Source: Kudoa neothunni
Taxonomy: Eukaryota > Animalia > Cnidaria
Reading direction: 5' to 3'
Assembly: GCA_964304625.1 (NCBI GenBank)
Contig: OZ199838.1
Location: forward strand, 3,436,440-3,500,439
DNA length: 64,000 nucleotides
The position numbers and the translations under genes are program-made. Every line of letters starts with the position of its first letter. Positions within the stretch are counted from its first letter, which is position 1. The notes under the pieces were generated by a model. That model saw only the letters and a list, made by a program, of their open reading frames with translations. It was not told the DNA's origin and made no database searches. Shown piece by piece: positions 14,601 through 26,542 of the stretch.

Positions 14601-16153
14601 TACTGAAAGACTAACATAGTTAAATAATCTAGGAGATTCTCTTATATTTCAACTGATAAATTACTTTAAACAAATTCAAATATAACAAAAGAAGGTTATC
14701 AGCCAAGAAACTATCATCCTTATTGAGTATGATTTGATTGATCAAACAAATAGAGAGGTATCTATCGATATAAAACAATAACTAATCTACTTTGAATAAA
14801 CTTACCTAGTTCTACTAGTGGTATCGTTACGCATTATAAGTGATTTCACATTATCCACTACGTTGATTGCCATTTTGTTGTGGGTTTTTACTATTTAAAA
14901 TTCTGAAAATATTAGTTTCACAAAAAACCTACACAATTTGGTGATCATAAAAACCGCATGTGAAGAAGTGGTACGATCAACATCGCCTATTTTATTGACA
15001 AGCTCCGTCAACAATTTCTACAACAAAAATACTAATAAATAATAAATTACGAGGATGATGAAAATACTTCCTCAGCTTGAGGCTTTTCTGACAACAAATC
15101 GTACATTATACCAATAACCTTTGACCTCATCTTTGGAATCGTATCCTTGGAATGCAACTACAACACAATAATTGGAATATTGTTTGAATCAACATTACCA
15201 CCAATGAGTTAATGTAACCATCATAAATTTGGATAAGTCTATCCTCATAGAGGGCGTAAATTAGGGATTGTTTTAGTTGGGTTTGTCGTTTGTTATTGCT
15301 TAATGTAGTTTCATCCGTCAATTCGGCGGTTATATTCCTAACCCATTGTCCCCACTATGTAAAAGAAAGATGTAAACCGCAGATCAATTTTTAAGCGATA
15401 AAATAAATATGTCACAATAACAACCTTAGAAAATGAAATCAACTTTCTGTCGGGCAACAAATGGTTAATATAAATGTCTTTTAAAGCATCTTAATAATAT
15501 ATAATATAAAATTTTGGATGGAGTTGGTAGTACGTTACCAACTGCCAAAATTGACTCTCGTCTCGATTTTTTCATACACATCTTCACCAACTCTTCCAGG
15601 TATTTTATGTCGTGCAGTGGATTGTGCTAATCAAACTATATTTTTGTTTAATAAAGATACAAATACTTTTATCAGAACCACCATCGATTTTATTTTATCA
15701 ATGTGTGTTCCATTGGATATCATACTTAACAATAGAGAACGATTATAGCTTTTTGATAATGAAGAAGAGTTGTTGTTGTTATTAAAACTAGTGTGATGTT
15801 GTTCTTTGGAAAATATATATATATATATATATATTGATAATTGAAAATAAATTTGTGTACTCTTTTGGAACAACTCAATTTCGTTGTCAAATAGTTGTTT
15901 AGCCGTTTGTTTCAATTCGAGCAAATGATCATTTTTTGTTATTTTTCCTTTAATAACCGATGATTTATTTAGGTCGGTGCTAGTATTTGACTGATCGTTG
16001 TTATCGATCTAAAATGGAAACATTTACTTATATCAATTTATTATTTATCTATATGTTTATATATCTATATCTGAGGATTAATTTTACCATATTGTACCAC
16101 TTTCCGTAATTATCGCCAATTAAACATTTCTTAGGTAAAGTCTCCAGCCTCAT
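11633..16153 (-). CDS. CEBPZ: CCAAT/enhancer-binding protein zeta / Mak21-Noc1 ribosome biogenesis factor, multi-exon
   Basis: MRLETLPKKCLIGDNYGKWYNM..KQTAKQLFDNEIELF..MISNGTHIDKIKSMVVLI, AAIKRLLQVCLH, YDPNKRNPKFAAA, YQGDPSVDFT. Acidic 3' exons at 11633-11858 (SVGDSENSGDLSDVSMDDFD..ELNFD*) join in phase after a ~1.1-kb intron. Confidence 0.88.
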
Positions 16154-16220
16154 CGCAGCCGCTACACGCCCAAAATAACGCTAATAAAATATTCGGCAAT
16201 CATCGGAAAAACACTAAAAA

Positions 16221-17044
16221 CTATTTTTCAAATTTGTCCTGCTCAGGATAAACTCTACAATCATAAACATTGTAATGCTGGTCGTTGAGACTGTATGCGG
16301 TAAGCGCTATCGATGTATTTTTAAATGTTTCGTTAATAATCTTGACCACCTCAAACCAATTCAATCCCTCATGTTGGATTGTGCCTAAACGTGGTACGCA
16401 TATCGATTGGACATCATTCGATAGTGCATGTTGTTTAATTTGGTCAAAACATCTCTCGAGCACACTATAACTCGACCTTTCCCACCAATTTTCTCGTGCA
16501 AACTAAATCAATTTAATCTATTTGCATACGCGTGAAAATGTTACCAAACAATACAAAAAATTGTCAAATTTCTCAATCACTCCCACATTCCCAAGCTTAG
16601 GCTCTAATTAGATTAGTTTATGCTATGAATGAGTAGGGGGAGAAGTTGCAGTTAGATACTTAAATAAGGAAATTCTTGATAGCCCCCAAAAGCGTGAGCA
16701 GCACTCCTCTCAACCTCACTGTCAAATGCTAAATCAGCACTAAACATACAGGCGATTGAGGAACAAAATTTGTTGTGCAACCATCTCTCATAGTTTCCAG
16801 CTGTTTGATATAACTAAAAAAGAGGCATTGGAGTTGGTTAGTTAGTTGTTTACAACTGAATGAGTTTCATTTACGTTGTCATGAGTTTTATTAACCGGCG
16901 CTAAGAGGCGTTTTCTCAGCACCATAGTGTCTAAAAATCGAATAATGATTAACAAAACATATCAATCCGACAGTTGGATTGTTTGAAGGATCCAATATTA
17001 CCGAATAGGAGGGCATGTTGAGGACTTAAACCTGGTGGTTTCAT
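16221..17044 (-). CDS. OARD1: TARG1/OARD1 (C6orf130)-like macrodomain protein, divergent, multi-exon
   Basis: SSIACMFSADLAF..AFGGYQEF..PKLGNVGVIEKFDNFLYCL..SYSVLERCFDQIKQHALSNDVQSICVPRLG..LNWFEVVKIINETFKNTSIALTAYSL follows the OARD1 pattern along its whole length. Confidence 0.75.
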
Positions 17045-17883
17045 TTGAAATTGTTGATGTGCGTGCGCCCGCTGGTACGCATTACTCAACAAATTAAGGA
17101 TTGATTATTGTTTTCATTACATATAAACTTCCATATCAATGGGAAATATTTTCTAAGTTTTATTCTAAATACAGAAAAAAAGAATTAGTGAATCATCATG
17201 TTAAACGGATTTTTAATTTTCAACAAATATTCATCTAGTTTAGTACATATTTGTATTGGAAATTATTTAAAATTAAAATTGACATTATCCTATTTGGAAG
17301 CCGAATTTATTTGAGAAACCATTATTTAAGACTAAACAATATTTCAGCTTATGTATACTGGATCTTTTTAATTCGTAAAATTGTTTGAAAGCGGAAAATA
17401 TTAAATTAATACAAACAACCTGTTAGTATAAGATGTATGAGAGTATTGAATTGAGTCAATTCCGTGGATAAATTGGTCTTATGAAGTCACTGCTAGTTTG
17501 TGATTGAAAAAAATCCAATAAATTCCATTTTTAAATTTTATTACTCATGAAAAGCTATATTATCTACGTTAAGCTATTTCTATTAATCAAATATAAACTT
17601 AAATTGAATTAATAACGAACATATGTATCAAAAAATTAAATGTTAATGTCATTTTGACTAGGCACTAATCCAAACTTCAAGGCATTTCTCCCGGAAAATT
17701 CCAGAAAAAAGTTGTTTCGGATAATACGTAGGAGTTAAAATCAGTTCAATTTTAACCGCCGGTTTTGGATTTTAAAAATATAATTTTAAATTATTACAAA
17801 TTGGCTTGTATTATTAATTAGTACATTATTCTAAACAAAATTTTTGAGTAACACGTGTTTTGACAGTGAACATATTTTTTATT

Positions 17884-19829
17884 AGGAAGTGTCTATTGGC
17901 CCGAACAAATTGTTTTTACCTATTTAGGGGATTCTTTTTAAATTTTAATGGATCAACAAATTGTTTAAATGGATTATATATTAATGTGAAAAATAAAAGA
18001 ATTTTGTCTTTTGAAATCTGTGATATAAGGCGTTACTTAGGAAAGACCCATCCTCATCATTATTGTAATTTATCGCTGTAAATGCTCTATTTTCTTCATT
18101 AACTTGTTTAACATTTGAATGAAATATTTTTATGATTTTTTATCAGTAAGAAATTTATTCGTTCCACGTATTATGCAATAATAATTTTCTGATATGATAC
18201 ATCCGTGTTATATTCATAGTTTTAAATGAATTCACTGTTGTAATCATGTTATTTGCTATTTTCAATATTTTTGAATTGATTTCATCCATATAAATGGTTG
18301 TCGTAAACCCAAAACTCCAAATGGCTTCAAATGTCCGACATTGATATTTTTTATAATATCGGTATAAAATCACTCAATGTAAATAAATGTTATGAATCAA
18401 ATTTATTGATTTATACCTAATTTAATGTCACCTAATCAGGACACTCCACATACTCCTTTATTTAGACTTCGCATACAAACTGAATTTTGACGATACTAGT
18501 TGAAATTTAATGTTCTCAATTAAAATATTGATTTGTTATTATCCACTATAACAATTTTATTCATATTTTAAACATTATTTGCAACGTTTAAATATATAAC
18601 TTTTTAGTGGTGATTTTATTCAAAAAATGTTGGACTTTGACGTTTTTCACCAAGCCATGTATCACACAGATGTTCACATGAATTCTACTACATGACTATA
18701 TGAATTTTGTAAAATCGATTGAACGTATTTGATAAACAAATCCTTTTCAATTATTGTAACATAAATACCACCTTATGGATGGGTAAAATACATATTCATG
18801 ATGGTATAAGATATATTTAAATAGCATATGAATTAAAACGAAAGCTTTTTTATCATAATTTCTCTTACTAGCATTCTTCTGTTTTACAATTCATACAACT
18901 CTAATATTTTTTCTTGGATTACTTTGGAATTTCCGTTAATTTGAACAAATTGAGCGATAACATCACTTTCATCCTTTGATATTTTATTTCTACTATGTAA
19001 AAACTGTGACTGAAAATTTTAGAAACATTGGGCATGCTCTGTAATAAGAATTCGAATTTCTTCTACCAACAGATCGTTCTCTCTAAAATAACGGCTGCGT
19101 GTTTTCAAACTTTAATGCATATACAAAATTTATTAAAATTTTTGAAGAAATTAAGTTTTTGTCGCAATAAACCCAGTAGCATTTTGTATGATAAAACTAA
19201 AGTATTGGATTTAACGTTTTATTATATCGCTTCTAAGTTCTTTCGATGGTTTAAGAGTCATATATAGATAAACTGCCCATGGAGTTTTGTTCGTATTATG
19301 CTATTTTCAACTTTAACTCCTCAAAAATGCTAAAAGTATTTCCAGTTTGAAAAATCGTATTAAGTTCAGGCAATCTCATTTCGTAAACACGCGCGTAGGA
19401 GTAAAATTAAAATTTTTCTTTTACTGTAACCAAATATCTTTAAATACAATAATTATACACTTTATGTTTTTGGTCTTGAGAAAAATCTTACATTTTTTAC
19501 AATAATTTTGTATTACAACATTAAGGGATGATTACAATAAAATTAAAACTATTACAATAAAAATTTTAGTTAGATAATTAAAAATTAAATCAGAGCTAAA
19601 AATGTTCATTTGAATAAATAAATAGCTCATAAACTCAATAAAAAGGTCTTTTTACGGTCCATTTAGTCGAAACCATATTGCATTATACAGAATATTTTTA
19701 AACGATATAACTCGATAAAAAATTAGGTAAACAATTGCAAGTTGTTTTATATTAAACAACACAGATTTACTATAATAAAAATCTCGAAAATAAAATAAAT
19801 CAATATGTTCGGGCCAATAGACACCGCCT
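17884..19829 (-). mobile_element. Decayed DNA transposon with TIRs, probably Mutator-like (MULE)
   Basis: Terminal inverted repeats: AGGAAGTGTCTATTGGCCCGAACA at 17884 and TGTTCGGGCCAATAGACACCGCCT ending at 19829. Minus-strand remnants IFQTGNTFSIFEELKLKIA*YEQ..LSIYDS and CDTWLG resemble MULE/ZSWIM3-type transposases. Many stops; no clean target-site duplication (TSD). Confidence 0.6.
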
Positions 19830-20099
19830 TTTTGGATATATGCATTCGATCAAATGAATTCTTACATATTTTGTTATTTTAATTATTCCTTTTCGTTTGA
19901 TAATTTGCATTATTTTTTCGTAAGTTTTCTGTGTTTTATTGGACATCAAAGCATAAACGAGTGGAAAATTTAGTTAAAAAATTGAACCATGAATAACACA
20001 GTGTTTGTAAAAATTGTTGGATGCCACTTTGAATATTCCATCCATCATCCAATAATTTGACGATCTTAAATGAACTACATTCTTTTCGGTGGAAAATAT

Positions 20100-21115
20100 T
20101 ATTATTCAACTGTTATTAGTTGGTCCAGAATCAAAGAGACGAAAGGGTTCGTTTCGCAATGATAATAATGATTCGTAACGTTCAGAAACTGGAGTTTTAT
20201 CGATGTTGGCTCCTTTCTTGCGTTTTGAATATTTGTATACAATGTTTTTTTGAGATAATTGGTACGTTATTAATATTTTCCTCGTTGGAAACTAGGTTGT
20301 AAATTTCCGATGTTGGGTAAACAGAATTTTTGATTTTGCTCTATAATAATTGCTTTTTGTATCTTCTTCATTGATAATATGGTTATGGAAGTGTAATTCA
20401 TCTATATCTCTATTGTTGATATTATTGGAGGTGATGACCTTAATCTTCCCTTGCGTTTTCGTACTTAACATCACCAATATTGACATTTCTCATTGCTGTA
20501 ATCTTTGGGATAGAAATAATCTTGTTGTAAAAGCATATCACAATCTCTCTTAGATTCTAGCATCGTGAAAGAGAACCTCTCCCCATATTAATTGTACTGT
20601 TCCGTATATGTACGCACACACTTGGTTAATTAATTCTACCGAAAATTAGCTATACCATTTCTTTTAGAATTTAATAAATAGACCTGGCGAGTAATTCTTA
20701 TGGGAAAACTTTAACCTCAAATCGTAAAGGAACTAATTAGATATTTAATCGTCTAATCAAAACTAATATTAGGTGAAAAAGACCAATGACGTTAGATGTC
20801 GGAAACCATTGATGGATACTACTAAAGTTCAATCAATACGTAACATCAACTGATGCAACTAACGCTTGGCAGTCATCTCAAGATGAGGCAGATAAATGCA
20901 TCCACCCATCGTGTTCATTGCGTTAGTTAAACTCTCTTTTTTAAACAAACTTAATAATCATAATTAGAGACTGGGTGGTAGTAATGTGGTTTTCAGACAA
21001 ATGCCTCAAGTTCAGCACGGACGCTCTCAGAAGGTAAAATATCATCCTGAAACCACACTTCACAACATAACGATGAACAGAAATATGCGTGCGCCTTATA
21101 TAACCCTCAACCATG
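20100..21115 (-). CDS. Probable multi-exon gene of unknown function
   Basis: Coding-like segments separated by GT..AG mini-introns (e.g. MIFYLLRASVLNLRHF|LFKKESLTNAMNTMGGCIYLPHLEMTAK; ELINQVCAYIYGT), with the TGCGTGCGCC motif near the 5' end. Exon structure and ends are not resolved. Confidence 0.35.
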
Positions 21116-22628
21116 TGTTTGTTGTCGTCCAAACTCGCCTATCTTTGATGATTTAATGTTATTCACCTTCGCAGTGCTGCTATAACGTGAGATTTTCCCG
21201 AGAATTTAGGGTTTTTTATATTTTTTCAAAATTCTGCATTTTTATTGAAAACCTGGCAAAATTAAATAATAATTTTTGTATGTAGAATTTAAATTGGAAT
21301 TCAATAATCACACAAAAAACATTATGGATAGCAAATGGGTTAATTAAATGATATTAATATTCATTAATCGATTTCTTTTTAAATGTTAAGACCTTGATAA
21401 CTTGATGATCAGACTCAAAAAATGACAATGAATTGGCCACTTTATAAAATTAGAGGGTTAATATTAAGCATTACATACCAAAAACTTGTATTAGTTACAA
21501 TTTTCATTTATAGTATAATAATAAAACTTATAGATTTAGAGGGAACAAATTTACTTATTGTTATTAATAGATTTTGGTTTTAGTTATTTTCTAAATTTTT
21601 AAACGAAAGTAGCTAAATTTGTTGGTATTAATGTGTAGAGGTTGGCATTAATAAATGAACATTAATGAATAAGATTATTTAGTCTTTCTGTTTGTTTATT
21701 TTTGGCCAGTTTGACACAAATTAATATAAAGTATCCTTTCGCCTCTTAAAGTATACCTTAAGTTGATTCAACTAAGAATCTCAATTATAAGATTAAAAAT
21801 AATTATCGTTATTATTACATCTAGTTAGAATTTTCAAGCCATTCTGATATAACATAAGGTTTATGGGATATTAAAATGGAGATTGTTAAAAAATATTGAT
21901 TATAAAATACTTAAAATATATATAATTCCAGCTAATTTAGACTTTTTATCTAAAAAAATTTCAAACATATTTGTTCATAATAAATTTTAGGAAAAAGGAT
22001 TAAAATTCTTACTATATAATTACGACTACTTCAATCCAAATAACGCATTCTTTTTTCTCATTACGCGGAAACAGAATATCTTTAAGCTCGAATCTATTAA
22101 GAAATCAATTAATTTAGTTAAGTATACTGATTAATTCAAAAGATAACCAGATAGAATAAAAACAGTTTTATTAGATTAATTATTTCCTTGGAAAATATTC
22201 AATTATTAAAAATAAAAGTAACCTAGATGCTGTTTCAATGATATTTCAAAAGTGGTTACAATTGGTAAAATTTCGTTTGGTAATTGCAATCATAAAAACA
22301 CAAATTAAAGTGTAATTTATTTGTGTAACCCCTTCATATCTGACTTTTATCTTAAGTTGGACAAATTTTAAAATTTATATCCATTAAAGGATCTAAAATA
22401 CAAATATCAATGAAAAAGTTGCTAGCACCTTTATAAAATCATTGTAAATACAGAATAATTAAATGTTCCATTCTAAAATATCTTTAAGATAATTATTGAT
22501 AATTAATAACTAAATTTTATACTTCAAAAATAGTCGTGATTGACTATAACTATTGCCGGTCACGTGAAAAAAGAAATTTACATAAATCACTGTTAATCAA
22601 AAAAATAACAACTATTTATAAGAGAATA

Positions 22629-22979
22629 TTATTCATCAGATTTCTTGTTTGATATTTTTGGTTTCACTCTAAAAGAAACACTGTGTTCGGTTCGTGTGAT
22701 TGGAGCAGAAATTATTTGATAATGTTGTGTCGATAGTTTTGAGAGGATATTTTGATTAGCGAATTTTATCAAGTCATCATTGGTGTGGGTGAACGGTCCT
22801 TTATCTTCCAGAACAACGTGTAAACCAATAAATTTTTCTAGCAATTTATCGCATTGTTTGATTTTTCTTATACGATCATTTAGACCGGTTTTTGTGCAGA
22901 AAATAATAGTTTTCTCTTTGAAGCCCGACTCTTTGCCCAATAATAACCTCGTAGTGGATAACAAGCGTGTCCCCAACAT
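22629..22979 (-). CDS. Mitochondrial translation initiation factor 3-like protein (IF3 C-domain only), paralog A
   Basis: Intronless. First ATG gives MLGTRLLSTTRLLLG (presequence-like), then KEKTIIFCTKTGLNDRIRKIKQCDKLLEKFIGLHVVLE...SVSFRVKP, matching the IF3-C pattern KE.x.F..x.D...K..Q....L....V.V. Confidence 0.6.
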   Translation of the reverse strand: MLGTRLLSTTRLLLGKESGFKEKTIIFCTKTGLNDRIRKIKQCDKLLEKFIGLHVVLEDKGPFTHTNDDLIKFANQNILSKLSTQHYQIISAPITRTEHSVSFRVKPKISNKKSDE

Positions 22980-23171
22980 AACATTAAACAACTATCGATT
23001 GCGTGCGCCGACATTTTAAATATATCGTACAGAAAAAATTATTTATTAAACCAATATAAATTTACTTGATTAATTAGAAAAATAATTAATCCGAATAAGC
23101 TTATAAAATAAAAAAATATCAAACACGAATACAAATGAAAACACAATTTAGCAAACGAAAAATAAAAAAAA

Positions 23172-23555
23172 TCATCTTTTCGCAGCCGAAACCACAGGAG
23201 TTATAGTAAAACTTATCGATTTATCATTCTGTAGGACCATCGTAGAAATATTGTTGCAAAGCATGTTATCAATGTTGTTGATGATATTTCGTTCAGTGAA
23301 TTCAGTTAGATCTGCAATATTTGCATTCGGTGTTTTACGCTCCTCAACCACTACCCTCACACGATAGCACCTTGAAAGTAGAGTATTACAAAGTTCAACT
23401 TTTCTTCGGAGGTCTTCCGTAGTACAACTTGTGGACATTTTAATGGTTTTATTCTTAGCCACGTTGTTGTTAACTACTTTGAAGGCATCGTGAGTTTTAC
23501 ATTTACTCATTACAAAGCGCCATGCTGATAAAGGAACTCCAAGGTAGTCAATCAT
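23172..23555 (-). CDS. Mitochondrial translation initiation factor 3-like protein (IF3 C-domain only), paralog B
   Basis: Intronless 127 aa. KNKTIKMSTSCTTEDLRRKVELCNTLLSRCYRVRVVVEER...KSISFTITP fits IF3-C and aligns by eye with the neighbouring ORF. Confidence 0.65.
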   Translation of the reverse strand: MIDYLGVPLSAWRFVMSKCKTHDAFKVVNNNVAKNKTIKMSTSCTTEDLRRKVELCNTLLSRCYRVRVVVEERKTPNANIADLTEFTERNIINNIDNMLCNNISTMVLQNDKSISFTITPVVSAAKR

Positions 23556-25162
23556 TAATTCTGCGCATGCGCGTTAAAATTTAAAATTTAAATCGCGCAG
23601 TCTAATCGTATTAATTTTTGCCCCTAAAGAAAATAATAATGTATAAATAAAATTTAAAGCTAGTGATTAGTTGGGATAACATTTCAAGATAACAGCAGAT
23701 ATTGTTTTGCTATCAAGTTATTTTGGAGTCATTTCACGATGCGTACGTTAAATTTAAACAATAATCTCACCGTATTTTTATAATATATTAACTAGCTTCA
23801 ATTGTAATCAATATATTGTATTAGATTGAGATAAAATTTCTGCTAAGACATGATTATAATAACAAGCCTATCAAATTTTGATCTCATTTAATTTACCTCC
23901 GATTGAGAACCTTTGCACTAGAAAATTATATGTTTGTGTTATTTTTACTCAACATATACCACTATACGATTATTTTTTTTTTGAGTATTTGATGATCATA
24001 TATATATATTAATCCTTACTATCAAAAATTAAGACATTATTTTTTAATTTATATACAAATAAGTCATAAAATATTAATTAAATTTTTATTTTATTAATTA
24101 TAGCCCGATTTAAAATATAAACAAAGCGAAATAAGTTTTTCATGAGGTTATGTAATATATGTGTAATTAAGAATTTAAAAAGTTAATTATTTTTGCAGAC
24201 TTAAAAAATATTTACACTTAAACAATAATTCATTTAATAATTTTCTAAATAAAAAAATCATTTAACTGAACGAAATAATTAAGTCTAATCCTAAAAGAAT
24301 GATATTATTTTTTATTCGATCACAAGACAAAGTAATCCAAAAAATATCATTAAAGGTATTATTAAACAAACAATGAATTTTATAATTAATTCAAAAATTT
24401 CAATCTTAAAATAACTTCAGATTACCTGTATTTGAGATTATTCCCAAGTAAAAGGAGTCACAGTACTGATCGTACATGAGGCAGATATATCTTAAATTTT
24501 GAAATTTAAATTAATCTTTTATCAGAAGAAAAATATGGTTATAAGAATCAATTTTTTCAATATTATGTATTTGTTGGATAATACTTTGTGTGAAATTAAT
24601 CATCAAACAAAATAAAATCATTAGATTATGTCGTCTTTCAAGATTGTGAGGAAAAATTCTTTCCGTTGCCGCTAATTATTCAGGATTCCATATTCGCGCA
24701 CGCGCAAACAATTTCTCATATTATTTTTTAAATAAAAAAAATATTAATTTCAAGAAATAATTATTTCATTCAAAAAATAGGATACTAATTTTTATGCGAT
24801 TCTAGATATTTAAAATGCGAATATTTGGCCTCAAATAAATGATTCTAAATCTTAATCATACTGATTTTTTATACAATTATAATGAATTATTATTAAGTGT
24901 AAAAATTAAGATATTTAATCAAATAAGAGACAAAAAAGAATTGATTATATGGGGCATAAAGTTAGCGAATCAACCTTTTAAAAATTATTTTTTGGATTGA
25001 TTTAACATATGCGTAAATTTTTTTATCACGATTATATTTAAATTTGAGAAGAAATATTTTTCATCACCAAATTTCCCCCAAAAATCGTTACGAAAAACAC
25101 CATTAATATTAATAGAATTTTTCTGTTTAAATTTTGGAGATTTCGTTACTTTTTTTAGCAGA

Positions 25163-25759
25163 ATGAATTCAATTCTGGAAGAATTAATGTACTTATAGCT
25201 GTCGTACGTGATCGGTGACTTGTTGAATGGAAGTTAATATTTGGTTATTTTGTTAATGGTTAACCTTGTAAGCCCATAATTTTAAAATTTAACTAATATA
25301 ATTTTTCCAATTGTAGTATTATCTCTTTGGAGGCGATGACATATACACAAACCCTAACTACTACAAATGTAATGGATTGTTAATCTTTAATGGCTAAACT
25401 TTCGGTTAAGTTCTCTTTTTGGCCGCACTTCTGGGTACCTTTTTTACCAGTCTTATTTTGCATACTACTGCGAGTTTTGTCGCTCTCTACCAATGGATAC
25501 GTATCCCAAAATATCGTCTCATTCTACCGCTGTATATATTTCTGATGGGGTTTCTATATCCATTCACTACTGGTCTAATTACAAGTTGGTTAATGTGTAA
25601 TATTACCTAATCTATATTTGATTATTAGATTTCCTCGTTATTTTGCTTTGTCGCGCCGGTGGATACCGTTTTGAATACATTTTTGGCACGGTCTTTGGGG
25701 CGGCACATAGTGTCGCGTTTGTGCTGTTTGCTTTCGCACGATTCCTTTCAACTTTGTAG
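25163..25759 (+). CDS. TMEM170A: Transmembrane protein 170 (ER-shaping), multi-exon
   Basis: FFTSLILHTTASFVAL..PKYRLILPLYIFLMGFLYPFTTGLIT..LCRAGG..VFGAAHSVAFVLFAFARFLSTL* matches TMEM170, including the R.L.TL terminus. The 5' exon structure is uncertain. Confidence 0.8.
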
Positions 25760-26542
25760 ATAAGCTGTTTATAATTTTGAATATTTTATTTTTGCATTTT
25801 TTTTGTTGTGCTGAGATCTTTAAGTTACAGCCTCTTGTAATCTTAATGTAGCTCTACTATTTGCAGAGTAGAATCCTTGATTTAGTCAATCGTGTTAACA
25901 TCAAATTTTCTCTTCACTATAACTAATAATGATATAATAAATGTTACCACTAGTTTTCGGATGAGCATTCATTCAAAAATAAAATAATTAATAAGATAAC
26001 AAGAGTCCACCCACTATCAACATAAATTGAGTTAGGCTCCGAAAGCATAAACATGATAAATACAACTTAATGAGGAAGAACTAAGCTGACATAAGTTTGA
26101 AATTATTCTACTTTTATACGGACATATTTGTACGACCTATAAGATACAACCAAACATATACCTGCGCTGATTTAAACGAGAATGATTATGGAATATGCGG
26201 TCAACTAGTACAGACACGAGCTCGTAAGAGTTTTAAGCCGGCTACCGAACACCTACCTGCATTTTCGTCATCGATCCAACCCAATTGTTATATTTCAATA
26301 TATTTCACTATATCTCATTATATTTCAAAAGGTTGCAATCACTAATGGTATCTATTCATCAACTGTTAACTGTTAACTCTTAACATTACATTAATTATAT
26401 AATATATCAGAATTACATTCCTGCTGGCACCTACTTACATACTTAAAAAATCTAATAACAACGGAATTAAAATGACGTGAAAAAAATCGATAATATGATG
26501 GCACTACGCTTAAAAATATTAAAAACTAAAAGTTCAATCTAA

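Noticed and set aside
15813-15832. (TA)n runs here and at ~36075, ~41605 and ~51944
   Set aside because: Ordinary microsatellites, mostly intronic or intergenic; the IYIYI peptides in the ORF track are artefacts.
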